Origin: Malacoraja senta
Taxonomy: Eukaryota
Assembly: GCA_038087875.1 (NCBI GenBank)
Contig: CM075988.1
Coordinates: 9,798,001-9,862,000, forward strand
Length of the DNA: 64,000 nt
Reading direction: 5' to 3'
The notes under the pieces were generated by a model, which did not search any database, had not been told where the DNA came from, and was given only the letters and a program-made list of their open reading frames with translations. Below, one piece after another: positions 12,987 to 25,722 of the stretch (position 1 is its first letter; each line of letters begins with the position of its first letter). Position numbers and translations under genes: made by a program.

Positions 12987-13236
12987 AGAGATACTTGATT
13001 GAAGTATAAAAAAATTAGAAAAGTCACGGATAGGGTAGACAGTCAAAACCTTTATCCCAAGGTGGAAATGCCAAAGATTAGAGAGCAGTGCTTTAAGGTG
13101 AGAGGGACAAAATTAAAGGAGATATGCGGAGCAAGTTTTTTACACACACTGATTCCTAATTCAGCACCCCATTCCTGCGTTTTCCCCATATCCTTTAATT
13201 CCGTTAGCCCTAAGAGCTACAGTATATCTATATATA

Positions 13237-13380
13237 CTAGACCAAGTGCAGACCCATTGGGTCTGCTCCCCTAACGTACCCATTCAATCCCCGTAGCCCC
13301 CACGGGAGGCATGGTCCTCCAACTCAAGCCGTTCCCGAATATAAGATTACAGCACTCCCCTTGCCTCTCCCCTTGCCCTG
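13237..13380 (-). mobile_element. Helitron 3' terminus remnant
   Basis: On the minus strand, the hairpin GCAGACCC-AAT-GGGTCTGC (13248-13266) is followed 7 nt later by CTAG (13237-13240) and T. Confidence 0.6.
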
Positions 13381-13404
13381 TGTGTTGCAATAACACTTTG
13401 TGTC

Positions 13405-13570
13405 TATATGGAAGTTATGACTTATGGGTTCCTGTCCCTTCTTCCTGAAGATAGCAGCAAGGTGGTGCGGGTCTTTGACGATATAAGCTACCTTCTTGCG
13501 ACACATCCAGTAGATCTCTCTGATGGTGAGGAGGTCAATACCTGCGATGGACTGGGCAATGTCCACCACT
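13405..13570 (-). mobile_element. Rex1/Babar LINE C-terminal fragment
   Basis: VVDIAQSIAGIDLLTIREIY...KKVAYIVKDPHH resembles the Rex1 ORF C-terminus. Confidence 0.55.
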
Positions 13571-14509
13571 ATTGAAACCAGACTTAAGGTGTAGGTCATT
13601 CCGACCAGTACCATTGCAGACGATAGATTAATGTACATGTTGGATATTGAAATTTCCATAATGAGATCAGGGAAGACAGTAAGTGACCATCTTGTGCATT
13701 AACATGTCATTAAAGTATCTTTAATAGCCTATCACTAAATGCACATTGTACCTTGTCACTTAATATTCTGTTTTTTTTTACATGCAAGGACCCATTCATT
13801 AAAATTGTAACAAAAGAGGTGTATTTTGGGTGTCTGGGTTCTGTCCTCAGCAGTTTCTAGACCATCAATGTGAATTACATTCTCCCAGCAAAGATGTTTC
13901 AATATGTAGAAATATCTTGACAGCTACAGTGTACTCCCATTGTAAATACGTAATTTTCCAACATTACCTGTCTAGACTTAAAATGTTGAAGCTAAAAAGA
14001 TAATTACAGTATAGCCATTAAAACTGCAGTTAATCATCTATTGTTGACTTTGTGTTTAAAAAATATCGAAAGAATAATCTATTTTGAGTTTGGAGGTTCT
14101 ACGAGAGTGTCCTCAAGAGATTTTGAAAAAGACACAGTGCTGGAGTAACTCAGCGGGTTTGGCAGCATCTCTGGAGAACAAGGACCATCTATGTTCTCCA
14201 GAGATGCTGTCTGACACGCTGAGTTGCTCCAGCACATTGTGTCATTTTTTTTGTAAACTAGCATCTGCAGTTCTATGTTTCTCTGAGAGAATATGGGTTT
14301 ATCGTGATGAATAAACAATTTAATATCAACCAGCTTCAGCCTTGGAGTTGCTCAGTACACAATGCTGTCTTTTGATGAATTCAGAAGGTCACAGATTTGA
14401 TATTTACTTTTGTATGATGCTCTGAACCCTTATTGTGGTGGAATTTCATCAACTGATTTTGTTATCGTTCGACTAAACAGGTAAGATTCATTTTTTAAGC
14501 ATTGCATAA

Positions 14510-14905
14510 GGTCATAAGTGATAGGAGTAAATTAGGCCATTCGGCCCATCAAGTACACTCCACCATTCAATCATGGCTGATCTATCTCTCTCTCCTAACC
14601 CCATTCTCCTGCCTCATCCCCATAACCTTTGACACCTGTACTAATCAAAAGTCTGAATATCCTGCCTTCACCACCCTGTGACTAAATAAATTTCTCCTCA
14701 TCTCCTTCCTAAAAGAGCATCCTTTTATTCTGAGGCTATGATCTCTAGTTCAAGACTCTCCCACTATTGGAAACATCCTCTCCACATCCACTCTATCCAA
14801 GCCTTTCACTATTCTGTATGTTTCAATGAGGTCCTCTCACATTCTTCTCAACTTCAGAGAGTACATGCCAAGTGCCAAGAAACACTCATCATAGGTTAAC
14901 CTACC
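14510..14905 (-). mobile_element. CR1 LINE 3' fragment
   Basis: Same subfamily as 1185-1570. Confidence 0.75.
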
Positions 14906-15109
14906 TATTACATTGAATATAATGCACTGCACATCAGGTAAGTGTGAAATGAAGTATGCAGTCCATCCTGATTTTAAAAAATCAGCTGACTGTGTTGAGT
15001 CCTATATAAAGGATTAGCACCTAAATAATGTATAGAAAATGGAGGGACAATTGGCAATGGAACCCGATTCCAGCCACAGTAAGTTCTCTCCAAGAGAAGA
15101 AGGAAAATT

Positions 15110-15605
15110 GCAAAGGAAACAGAGAAGATTTACGAGGATGTTGCCAGGACTAGAGGGTCTGAGCTAGAGGGAGAAGTTGAGTAGGCTGGGACTCTCTATT
15201 CCCAGGAGCGCAGGAAGATGAGGGGGTGATCTTATGGAGGTATATAAAATCATGAGAGGAATAGTTTGGTTAGATGCAGTCTCTTGCCCAGAGTAAGTGA
15301 TTTAAGGACCAGAGGACATAGGTTTAAGGTGAAGAGGAAAAGATTTAATAGGAATCTGAGGAGTAACTTTTTCACACAAAGAGTGGTGGGTGTATGGAAC
15401 AAGCTGCCAGTGGAGGAAGTTGAGGTAGGGACTAACCCAATGTTTAAGAAACAGTTAGGCAGGTACATGGATAGGACAGGTTTGGAGGGACATGGACCAA
15501 GCGCAGGCAAGTGGGACCAATGTAGCTGGGACATTGTTGGCCGGTGTGGGGAAGTTTAGCCGAATGGCCTATTTCCACACTGTATCACTCTATGAGTCTG
15601 ACTAT
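15110..15605 (+). mobile_element. CR1 LINE 3' fragment
   Basis: RTRGHRFKVK...NFFTQRVVGVWNKLP, followed by the 3' tail shared with the HE1 SINEs. Confidence 0.85.
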
Positions 15606-16734
15606 AAGTATATTCAAAACAATTAGCGACTGGAAATGATTTGTGAAAGGTTGGCTGCCTTAAAAAAGCTGCCATATCCTTAGTTATTAATGACAAATTA
15701 TTCACTCATTTCACGCGGAGGTGTTGATTTTCTTGCTAGACAGAGCTGATGATTGTTAGACTTTTTGCCAATATTTTGCTGCATAAATCTGACATCTTCA
15801 AAGTCGGCAGAGCTGGCTTTGTTCCATTAATTGCTCCCCACTTCAGCTGTCAGTTGCAGAGGCAAATTTCATACTTCTGAAAGGGCTTGCTGAGCGTAAG
15901 TTGTTTAGGTATTAAAGACAATTGGATAGTGCAATCAAAACATCCATCGTCTGATGCCCATGAGGCAGGACCTGATTGGCTGGCAAAGTGATTATTATGT
16001 GCAAAGTGTGCGGTGAAAATGCTGAAATAATCATTTGGTTATTGAAGGATAACAATTTTAAATGAGTGTAAAACAGCTGTTGATGGGAAAAGTGTTCACT
16101 CATAACGCTGCTCAAGCCCCATGAATATTCACAGTTTTATTTGTCTCCAATGTGACTTTGAGAAGGGAAAGCTTGAAAGGGGAGAGCAGCCTATAACAAA
16201 GGTAAATGACACCCATTTCGGAAGCATTCTGTTCTGTGGACAAAAATGTTAATGGGAGTGAGGGGAGATGGTGCCCTATTCAAATCACAGTCAGCGGTTC
16301 ATACCTAAACAGCCCAAGCAGTCGGAGTGCCTAGTAGCTTCCAACGTCATCTGTTAGCTGATTACTAGTCTAGCAGTCAGAGTTCTAAGTCGTTATCACA
16401 GGGACTTGAGCTCGAATCCCACAAAGGCAGATGGAGAACTTAAATTGAAGTCATCAAATAAAATCTGCACGTTTACGAAAAAAACAGCTAATGACATTAA
16501 GCTACTAGATTGCCATAAAACCCAAATAATTCACTCATGTGCTTGCAGGAAGGAAATCTGCTGTCTGTATCCATTCTTGTCTCACCATGTTCCCAGAGCT
16601 ACAAAAGAGGCTGATTCTCGATTCCCTCCTCAATTCAGGGCAATTAAGGATGGACAATTCATGATGACATTGATAGCAACTTCCATGTAGAGTCATAGTC
16701 ATACTACATGAAAGCAAGCCCTTCGGTCCAACCG

Positions 16735-17045
16735 GGGCATAGTGGCGCAGCAATAGAGTTGCTGTCTTACAGTGCTAGAGAACTAGGTTCGATCCTGGCT
16801 GAGGGTGCTGTCTGTATGGAGTGTGTACATTCTTCCTGTGACCACATGTGTTTTCTCTGGGTGCTCAGGGTTTAATCCCACACCCCAATGACATTCTTGT
16901 TTATCAGTTCATGGCTTAATTGGTTTCTGTAAATTGTAAATTGTCCCTAGTGTGTAGGATACTGCTAGTGTACGGGCTGATCGCTGGTCAGTGTGGACTC
17001 AGTGGGCCTGCTTCCACACTGTATCTCTGAAGTTTAAAGTCTAAA
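16735..17045 (+). mobile_element. HE1-type V-SINE
   Basis: A and B boxes, V-domain and tail as in the other copies. Confidence 0.75.
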
Positions 17046-17144
17046 CCCATCCATGTTGACAAAGGTGCTCCTAAGCAAGTCCCAATTGCCTCGGTTCGGC
17101 CCATTTTACTCTAAACTTATCCATGCACTTCCTTTCCCCTCAAA

Positions 17145-18000
17145 TAACCAGTGAACTTGAGCTAGATCTTCTCTCATACCCTCAAAGTTGGCCTTACCCC
17201 AGTTGAACATTTTAACATGTGGGCCCTCTCCGTCCCTATCCAAAACTATCTTAAACCTAATCGAATTGTGGTCACTGGTCCCAAAAGGCTCCTCCACAAA
17301 CACTTCATTAACTTGCCCTTTCCTATTTCCCAATACTAGATCCAGTGATGTCCTCTTACGTGTGGGGGCATCTAAATACTGGTTGAGAAAACTCTCCTGA
17401 ACATTATTGAGGAATTACACCCCATTTAAACACTTCAGGCTATGCTTTTCCCACTCAATATTGGGAAAGTTAAAATCCCCTACTACAACAACCTTATTTG
17501 ACCTGCAGCTGTCTGCAATCTCCTGGCATACTTATTCTTCTAATTGACTATTTGGGGGTCTATAGCGCACCCCAACAAGGTGATTATCCCTTTCTTGTTC
17601 CTCAGCTCCACAAATATAGCCTCACGATGAATCATCCGTAATATCACCTCTGACCACTGCCATAACATCCTCCTTAACCAACAATGCACCCCCTCCTCTT
17701 TTTCCCATATCCCTGTCTCTCCTGAAGGTACCCCAGACCATTGAGCTGGAAGTCCTGCCCCTCTCTTAACCAGGTTTTAGTAATGTCTACAAGGTCCCAG
17801 TCGCTCATACCTATCCATGCCCTAAGCCCATCTGCCTTAACTGTCAGGCCCCTTGCATTAAAATTCCTGTAGTTTAAACCAACCCTCCTTCCTCGCTCTC
17901 CGCCTTGCACCTGCCTATTCTGTCCACTAACCTTTCCCTCGCCACCGTCCATACCAACTTCTAACCTCTCACCTGCCTCTGTCCTGTATGAGATCCCATC
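17145..18000 (-). mobile_element. CR1 LINE apurinic-endonuclease region remnant
   Basis: NFNARGLTVKADGLRAWIGMSDWDLVDITKTWL and EPFGTSDHNSIRF...FNWGKANFEGMR motifs. Confidence 0.8.
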
Positions 18001-18788
18001 CCAGGATGGGTAGCTATCAGTCCGCTGTGCAATGGGAGGGATAGGTAGAAGATGTTATTTGTTAATGTGGATGGAGGGGCAATGCATGCAAGGTAAGGAA
18101 CAAAATAATTAATCCAGGAGTATAGAAATAATGAACTGCAGATGCTGGTTTACAAGAAAAGAGACAAAAAAACTGTGAGAACGTACAGAATTTGTACGTT
18201 CTCCCCAAGACTTGCGTGGTTTTTCACTGGGTGCCCCGGTTTCCTCCCACACTCCAAAGATGTACAGGTTTGCAGTCTAATTGACTTGGTATCATTGTAA
18301 ATTGTCCCTAGTTTGTATCGGATAGTGTTAGTGTGCGGGGATTGCTGGTTGGTGCCGGCTTGGTGGGACGAAGGGCCCGTTTCCGTGCTGTATTTCTAAT
18401 AACAAAGATTAAGAAAAGGTATTAGAATCAATCTGATGAAGATCACTTTATGATGTAAATAATAATGGAAACCCAATCCTGTATTCCTCTCCCGAAGGGC
18501 TCCAACCCGAAATGTCAACCATCCTTTTTCTCTATAGATGCTGTTGAGTTACTCCAGCACTTTGTGTCTATTTTTGGTATAAACCAGCACCTGCAGTTCC
18601 TTCCTACACACTCCTCCCTCGAGTGATATTTTCTGATATTCCCACATTGGAATCACAATACCCCATGGCATTCTGAAACTGGCCACAGGTAACTTTATAA
18701 CAGAGGGACAGGGGACATCTCTTCCTCAGTTTACATCTCAGTAGCATAACCCCATGCTTCCCAAATGTGTTTTACAATTCAGAATTCA

Positions 18789-19105
18789 GGGCAGCATGGT
18801 GGCGCAGCAGTGGAGTTGTTGCTTTACAGCGCTTGCAGCACCAGAGATCCGGGTTCGATCCCGACTATGGGTGCTGTCTGTACGGAGTTTGTATGTTCTT
18901 ACTGTGACCGCGTGGGTTTTCTCTAAGATCTTTGGTTACTTCGATCTGCCACACTCCAAAGACCTCCAGGTATGTAGGTTAATTGGCTTGGTATATGTGT
19001 AAATTGTCCCTAGTGTGTGTAGGATGGTGTTAATGTGTGGGGATCGCTGGTCGGCGCGGACTCAGTGGGCCGAAGGGCCTGTGTCTATAAAACTAAATCT
19101 AAAAC
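18789..19105 (+). mobile_element. HE1-type V-SINE
   Basis: A box TGGCGCAGCAGTGG, B box GGTTCGATCC, V-domain and CR1-like tail. Confidence 0.85.
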
Positions 19106-19794
19106 CTCATTGATACACATGAATTGTGATGAAAGCCAATTCCACTACAGTGCTAAAATGCCATGTGTCTGTTGGTTTACAGTGGGGCATATCCTGATTG
19201 CGGAATGCAAGTATCCTGTCAGGTAACGTGAGTACACACAGCAAGGTGGAATTTCACAGATGTCTGTCCTGGATTATCAAACTGCAGGATGTGTAATTGT
19301 GCTTTGAATTCTCCACAATGCACATTGCAAATGTCAGCTCAGAGAGATTCTTTCCTTGGTCAATGAATAGATCAGCTCAGCTGCTATTTTGTACCTTTTG
19401 ACAGTTCTATCAAGCAGCACAAGCAATCAACAGTGACTGGCTTTCTAAGTAGGCCAGGGATGGGAATCTATGAGGCAGTTCCACATTGAGGAAACAAATT
19501 AAATGGTAAATGTTCCAATATCTGCAGAGGTTGCTGCCTGGAAGTACGACGTTACATTTTAAACAACTGCATTGCTGACATTATATTGCTTTTATGTATA
19601 GCACCTCTCCTAACATAACTTATGAAGATTTATATTTCTTCCATTCAGTGCATTCCATTGTGTTCATTCGAAGTCTGAGATTACGGCTTTTTAAAATAAT
19701 TTCAACCATAAACTTTACTCAGAGTAAAAGATAAAGACAAAACAAAAACTGTGCAAAAATCATTTCATACAGTCTCTGTATATTCATTGGTTTA

Positions 19795-20100
19795 ATTTAA
19801 AGATACAGCGTGGAATCTGGCCCTTCAGCACGCCGAGTCCACGCCGACCAAAACACTAGGTCTATGTTGTCCCAGTTTTGCATCCTACACACCAGGGGCA
19901 ATTTACTGAAGCCAATTAACCTACTAACCTGCACGTCTTTGAAATGTGGCAAGCAACCGGAGCACCCGGATGAAACCCACACAATCATCAGGGAGAATGT
20001 ACAAACTCCGCACAGACAGCACCTGTAGTCAGGATCAAACCCGGGTCTCTGGCGCTGTGAGGCAGCAACTCGACCACTGTGCCACTGTACCACAGCTGCC
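19795..20100 (-). mobile_element. HE1-type V-SINE
   Basis: Reverse-complement match to the other copies. Confidence 0.8.
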
Positions 20101-20534
20101 CCAAATAGTATATACTCAGTAGTATTCACACCTATCTTTACAAAAAATGTTCTTACCACATATGTGGGCTATGGGGTGATACCCCTTCCCTTGGTTGAGG
20201 GGTATCCTCATTGGAATCAGCCCCTTAACGTCCAGAAGCTGAAGGATCCTAGACTGAGCTCCTCCTCCACAGAGCTTTAACATTGCTTCAGTGCACTCCC
20301 AGCACATACTCCTGCAGTCTGACATTACATCTTTGTACACAGGTGCTACATGTAACTCTTTGAGTTCTTCATTCTCAGTTCTATTGGCTTTTAGTTTAAC
20401 CTAGTAACAGCTTTACGATTTGATGGTGAGCATCATGAATCATAAGCCAATTTGAACAGTCACCTACAAGCATCTTAATAAATTGGATTTATGCCTATTA
20501 TTAGAAAGAAAATAATAATTTTAGTCACAGTAAC

Positions 20535-21890
20535 ATGATGGCACAGTGGACAGTGGTAGAGATGCTGCCTTACAGCGCCAGAGACCTCAGTTCGATCCTG
20601 ACTATGGGTGCTCTCTGTGGGGTGTTTGTATGTTCTCTCCTTGACTTAGCAATGATACAAAATTTTGAGATTTTAAAAATAAAGTCTGCAATTTATCCCA
20701 TCAGATGAAGCATAAAAAGAAGTTTAATTTGACACCTAATTCACTTTCATATCTTCGGTATTAAAGACATTATGGCCATTTTCATACTCGGAAATTAGCA
20801 TCTTGTTCCCTATTGCTTTTCCATTGACTTAACACAAAAGCTGTGATCGAGGACAGTTAAAAGCCCATAACTTTCTTAACAATTAAGATAACTGAAATAA
20901 ATTTTCAGTTATTATAGATTGAAGCATTCTGAAACAAATATGAAACAATCTTACTTAGAAGACATGAAAGTAAAGCATATAATTAGTTAGTTACCTAATT
21001 GTAGCTAATTACAAAATTCAATTACTAGATCTAAACATCTATCAATTTCTTAAGAATAGATTAATATTTTTAAATAGCCTAAGTGTCCAAATAACATTCA
21101 CACAATAATTCACAATATAACATAATTTTTAAATCTCATTTTCATGAATTTACAGGCCAAATGGCAGGAATTGAATGTTTAATACCTGTAAATTAATGGG
21201 GATTTAAATCATCTTGAGAGTGAGGATTTCTGGAACGCGATCTTTTGGAACGTTCATTTGCGGTGAATTTAACCCCGTATCGGCATGAAAAATACTGCCG
21301 TTAATTCGGGGAATAAAATCACCGTGTCGCATGAAAAAATGTGAATTAAAGGCTTCTTACGAAGCACTTTTATACATTTAAATCAACCACTTTCATTATC
21401 CTGTCCCGCGTGTGAAATCCGTCCCCGTTATCGGCGTTGACGCTTCAGGAGCTGATTTTAAAATTACTCTAGCGCTGACATTGACGATTTAATAAAAATA
21501 AAAAATACACAAAATGCCACTAGGAACGATTCTTCAGGCAACGCTTGTACTCCAACAAAATATTAACCAGGACAAGGGAGGAGAAACCGCGTTTTAACCC
21601 CGCCCCCCCTTAAAGGCGCCAAAATCGCGCACACGGCCAGTGGCAGAATTACAGCGCGACTGAATGTAAGTTTTGTAACATACCTACTTGACTACGTGAG
21701 TTTTCTCTGGGTGCTCCGGTTTCCTTCCACACTCCAAAAATGTACAGGTTTGTAGGTTAATTGACTTGGGTGAAATTGTAAATTGTTCCTAGTGTGTATA
21801 GGATAGGGTTAGTGTACGGGGATTGCTGGTCATCGCAGACTCGGTGGGTCGAAAGGCCTGTTTCTGTGCTGTATCTCCAAACTAAACAAA
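20535..21890 (+). mobile_element. HE1-type V-SINE split by a 1-kb DNA transposon
   Basis: The 5' half (20535-20646) and 3' half (21687-21890) rejoin into a normal SINE. Confidence 0.85.
20647..21686. mobile_element. Non-autonomous hAT-like DNA transposon (1040 bp) with a 7-bp TSD
   Basis: Termini TAGCAATGATACAAAA ... TTTTGTAACATACCTA form an imperfect 16-bp TIR. CTTGACT is duplicated at 20640-20646 and 21687-21693. No long ORF. Confidence 0.75.
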
Positions 21891-22637
21891 AACATAAATG
21901 TAAGCATAATTAACAGGGAAAATCAGGTAGTCAGAAGACTTGAGAAAGCTTTGGCAGGTAAGGTGGAGGAAATGCAAAGGGATTCTACGTTTATTACGGG
22001 CAAGAGAGTAACGAGTGAGAGAACAGGACCCATAGAGATCGATAAGGTTGTCCATGTGGAGGTGCAGAACATGGTCAAGGTGTTAAATGAATATTCTCGT
22101 CTATGTATGCTGTTTAAAATGGCACAGATGGAAAGGAACTTGGAGAAGTTAATTGTAATGTCGAGAAGAGTGTTCATTTGACAGGAGAGGAGGTGGTAGA
22201 GGCCTTAAAATGAATTTAGGTAAATAAATCTTTGGTCCTGATCAAGTTGGAAAAAAATCACGAGGTGGAGATAATTGTATCAACGATAGCAGTGGATAAG
22301 GATCCAGAAGACAGGAGGGCGGCAAATGCTGTGCATCTATTTAAGAAAGGCTGTGAAGAAAAAAGAGATTCAGAGTGGCCACAATGAGTCTAACATAGAG
22401 GCAGAGACGGAATCCGCTGTCAAAACATGGAGGGGACCCGGGACAGGAGGGGCACAATTTCTTGGCGGCCGCACGCGCATGCGCACACTCACACACACAA
22501 GTGATGAATCGGATGCTTCAGCCGTGCGCCCTGTGAACGGTAATTAGCTCGTGATTCTTCCAGTTTCCAGCCCCGCGACGTGGATGCCTCTACTACGGGG
22601 CCGTTACCGTTAGAATGCGTCAATTAGTGCAGATCTG

Positions 22638-22765
22638 TACCACAGATTAAAAAAAACACTGGACATCATAATATAGGACAGGACACTTTCAAGCAGCTTG
22701 TCCTGTCCTATATTATGTTGTCCACTGTCCAGCATGATGTCCAGTGTTTTTTTTAATCTGTGGTA
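22638..22765. repeat. 128-bp foldback (nested inverted repeat), possibly a MITE
   Basis: Perfect 32-bp arms at 22638-22669 and 22734-22765, plus an inner stem AATATAGGACAGGACA / TGTCCTGTCCTATATT. Confidence 0.85.
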
Positions 22766-24606
22766 GCTCTAGTATGGAAATTACAGTATGAGCTATTAAA
22801 ACCAAGCAATATATAAATGATCTGCATTATATGCAACCTAAAACTTTGTATTCTTGGATGTATTCAACATTTTTTCCCCAATTGCCAGCTGTAAAAATAG
22901 AGGGTGTCTATTAGTTAATAAAATTGCTTTATAATCTGCAGAAGCATTTGGTCTCTGTAATTGTGTGTTTTGTTGCCTTTGGCTCGAAGGGTCGAATGGC
23001 CTCCTCCTGCACCTATTTTCTATGTTTCCATGCAACTGTCATGCACGAAATTTTGTTCAGACTTGTTTGAATAACAATAAAGGAAATTCAATTCAATTCA
23101 ATTCAATCTACAGGTGGAGATTTCCTCCCTCTATTTGGAAATGATTCATGATGGAAATCATACATTCAAAACTTCAAGACACAATCTGAATTCAAATGTA
23201 TTCAATTTTTGTCAATTCATGTAACGCCAATATCTGATTACAACATTCATGAACATAAATGAGACCCAAGTAAAAAAAATAAAATGTATGGATTTCTCTA
23301 ATAAAGAACTTAGAAATGTAATTCATACGAATTCAAATTCCCTCACAAAATGTTAGAAATTTGTAAAAAGGGTTGCAATGAAAGTTTGATTCACAAGAAT
23401 TGGTATTTAGCAAAACTTTATTAGTATCATTAACACTTAGTTATAATATTTTATTAGTATTATTAACACCTAGTTATATTCATTTAGACAAGTGAAAACT
23501 TCCAAATACACGCCGTCTGGAATCTGACCGCCGACCACCAACATCGAGTCTGCGGTCTGCGTTTTGAGGGCATCTCTTCAAAAATCTCCGCATTGGACCG
23601 TCAGACATTTCGATGTTCACAAATCAGCCTCCACAAGACAAATTCTTGATTAGAACTGGTGTCAAGGGTTATGGGGAAAATGGGATTAGGAGGCAGAGAT
23701 CAGCCATGATTGAATGGCGGAGTAGATTTAATGGGCCGAATGGCCTAATTCTACTCCTATAACTTCTGAACTTATGAAGTAGTGTGATCAGTGTGGGCCG
23801 AAGGGTCAGTTTCCATGCCCTATCTTTCAATCAGTCAATCAGTTGAATGTCCTGGTTATGTGTATATTAGCATCTAAAACAAAGGCAAGATTTAAGTTCT
23901 TACAATTTTTTTAATGTTCTCCAGCATATGTTTCAAGAAATATCATCTGCAAATAATGTGTTCTTCCATAATTTAGCCCTAAGTAAAAACTAAATGTTTA
24001 TCTGATAATCCTCTCAAGATTTATTTTTATCATGAGGCTTGCTGCATGAAGCCTTTATTTTCTAACAATGATAAAGCTACGAAAAGCATCAAAATGGCAC
24101 AATTTGTGTCCTGCAGTTGGCACCAGCTGTACCATTGTCAGTGCTAAAAGTGTCTCTTCATTATGCCAAGCTCAATTCTCTTGGTCAATAACTTCACCAA
24201 ACATCACTTCACTGTCCGTTTTTTTCCTGTCAATCTACATCTTTCTATCACAGTATTAAGTGATTTAGTGGAAAATTATTCCGCAGCCTAAATATTAAGT
24301 TTTTATCTTGGCACAGTCAGAGAATTATATTACATTATCTGAATTCTAATATGCTTTATTTAAGTCTGCTGTGTCATTCCACCCTTTTACTCAATCCTTT
24401 AATTGTTTTACTGAAGCTAGAAGGATTTCTCAAATTCTTGCAATTTCTTTTTGGTCTTCACTTCAATCATTACTCTTTCTACTAATAAAACTCTGAGGTT
24501 GGTCGAAACTGGATGATCTCCAGGGTCTGCTGAATATATTGAATGAAAGTGTGAATATTGCGTGAGCTGAATGATATATTACAAGGTCATATGAAATGTG
24601 GTGGAT

Positions 24607-24836
24607 TATTAAGTTAAACATGTAGGAAGGAATTGCAGATGCAGGTTTAAACCGACAATAGACACAAAAAGCTGAAGTAACTCAGCAGATCAGACAGCAT
24701 CTGGAGATAAGGAATAGGTGATGTTTCGGGTCGAGACCCTTCTTCTGGTGGTCTTGACCCGAAACGTCACCCATTCCTTTTCTCCAGAGATGCTGAGTTA
24801 CTCCAGCTTTTTATGTCGATATTAAGTTAAACATGT
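24607..24836. mobile_element. Penelope pLTR-derived palindromic mini-element with a 17-bp flanking duplication
   Basis: Two inverted pLTR pieces meet at ~24745. TATTAAGTTAAACATGT occurs at 24607-24623 and 24820-24836. Confidence 0.8.
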
Positions 24837-24889
24837 TGTAGACAGATATGGTAACTCCAGAAAATGAGGAGGGGATGTCTGTGTGTGAT

Positions 24890-25205
24890 TTAAACTTTAT
24901 GCTTTACTTTAGAGATACTGCGCGAAAACAGACCTTTCGGCCCATCGAGTCTGCACCGCCTTGCGATCATCATTGCACTAGCACTATCCTACACACTAGG
25001 GACAACTTACAATTTTACCAAAGCTAATTAACCTATAAAACTGTACGTCTTTAGAGTGTGGGAGGAATCCAGAGCATCCGGAGAAAACCCACACGGTCAC
25101 CAGGAGAAGGTACAAACTCTGTGCAGACAGCACGCGTAGTCAGGATCAAACCTGGTCTCTGGCGCTAGAAGGCAGCAACTCTACCACCGCGCTACTGCGT
25201 TCCCC
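24890..25205 (-). mobile_element. HE1-type V-SINE
   Basis: Reverse-complement match to the other copies. Confidence 0.8.
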
Positions 25206-25419
25206 AATTACCCACACCCATGGAGTAGAATGGAGCAGTATGTTAAATTAATACGTTGTTTGTTTGCTTCGATATAACAATCAGCAGGTGCTAACTGTCC
25301 TGTTTATTGGCCGCACGGAACAATAGGGAAATATATAAAGGTAGCCTGCATCTTCTAAAAGATAAATACATTAAGGTGTGTGTGTGTTTTATCACCGAAG
25401 CTTTGAATTGAAGTTTGCT

Positions 25420-25722
25420 GCAACGGTGCAGCTGGTAGAGCTGCTGCCTCACAGCGTCAGGGACCCAGGTTTGATCCTGACCTCAGATGCTGTCTGTGGA
25501 GTTTGCATGTTCTCCTTGTGACTAAGTGAATTTCCTTTGGGTGTTATGGTTTCCTCCCGCATCCCAAAGACGTGCATGTTTGTAGGTTAATTGGTCTCTG
25601 TAAATTGCCCCTGGTAGAGAGGGAGTGGATGCAAGAGTTTGGTTACATGTAAGAAATACGAATGGGTGATCGGTGGGCTAAAGGGCCAGTTATCATGCTG
25701 TATCTCTCTACTCAACTAAACT
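25420..25722 (+). mobile_element. HE1-type V-SINE
   Basis: A and B boxes, V-domain and tail. Confidence 0.75.

Larger units (their letters stand above)
11580..13150 (+). mobile_element. Old CR1 LINE fragment interrupted by nested L1 and L2 insertions
   Basis: LVRTHLEYCEQFCSP...RFTTMLSGL lies before the insertions and KYKKIRKVTDRVDSQNLYPKVE after them. Confidence 0.8.

Noticed and set aside
14398..14480. Possible exon ending at CAG|GTAAGA (LLLYDALNPYCGGISSTDFVIVRLN)
   Set aside because: In-frame TGA immediately after the nearest acceptor, weak pyrimidine tract and no recognisable homology.
23505..23640. Possible Harbinger transposase remnant (LVEADL, DVG...DG.VFG) on the minus strand
   Set aside because: Needs several frameshifts over a short stretch and cannot be supported without a profile search.
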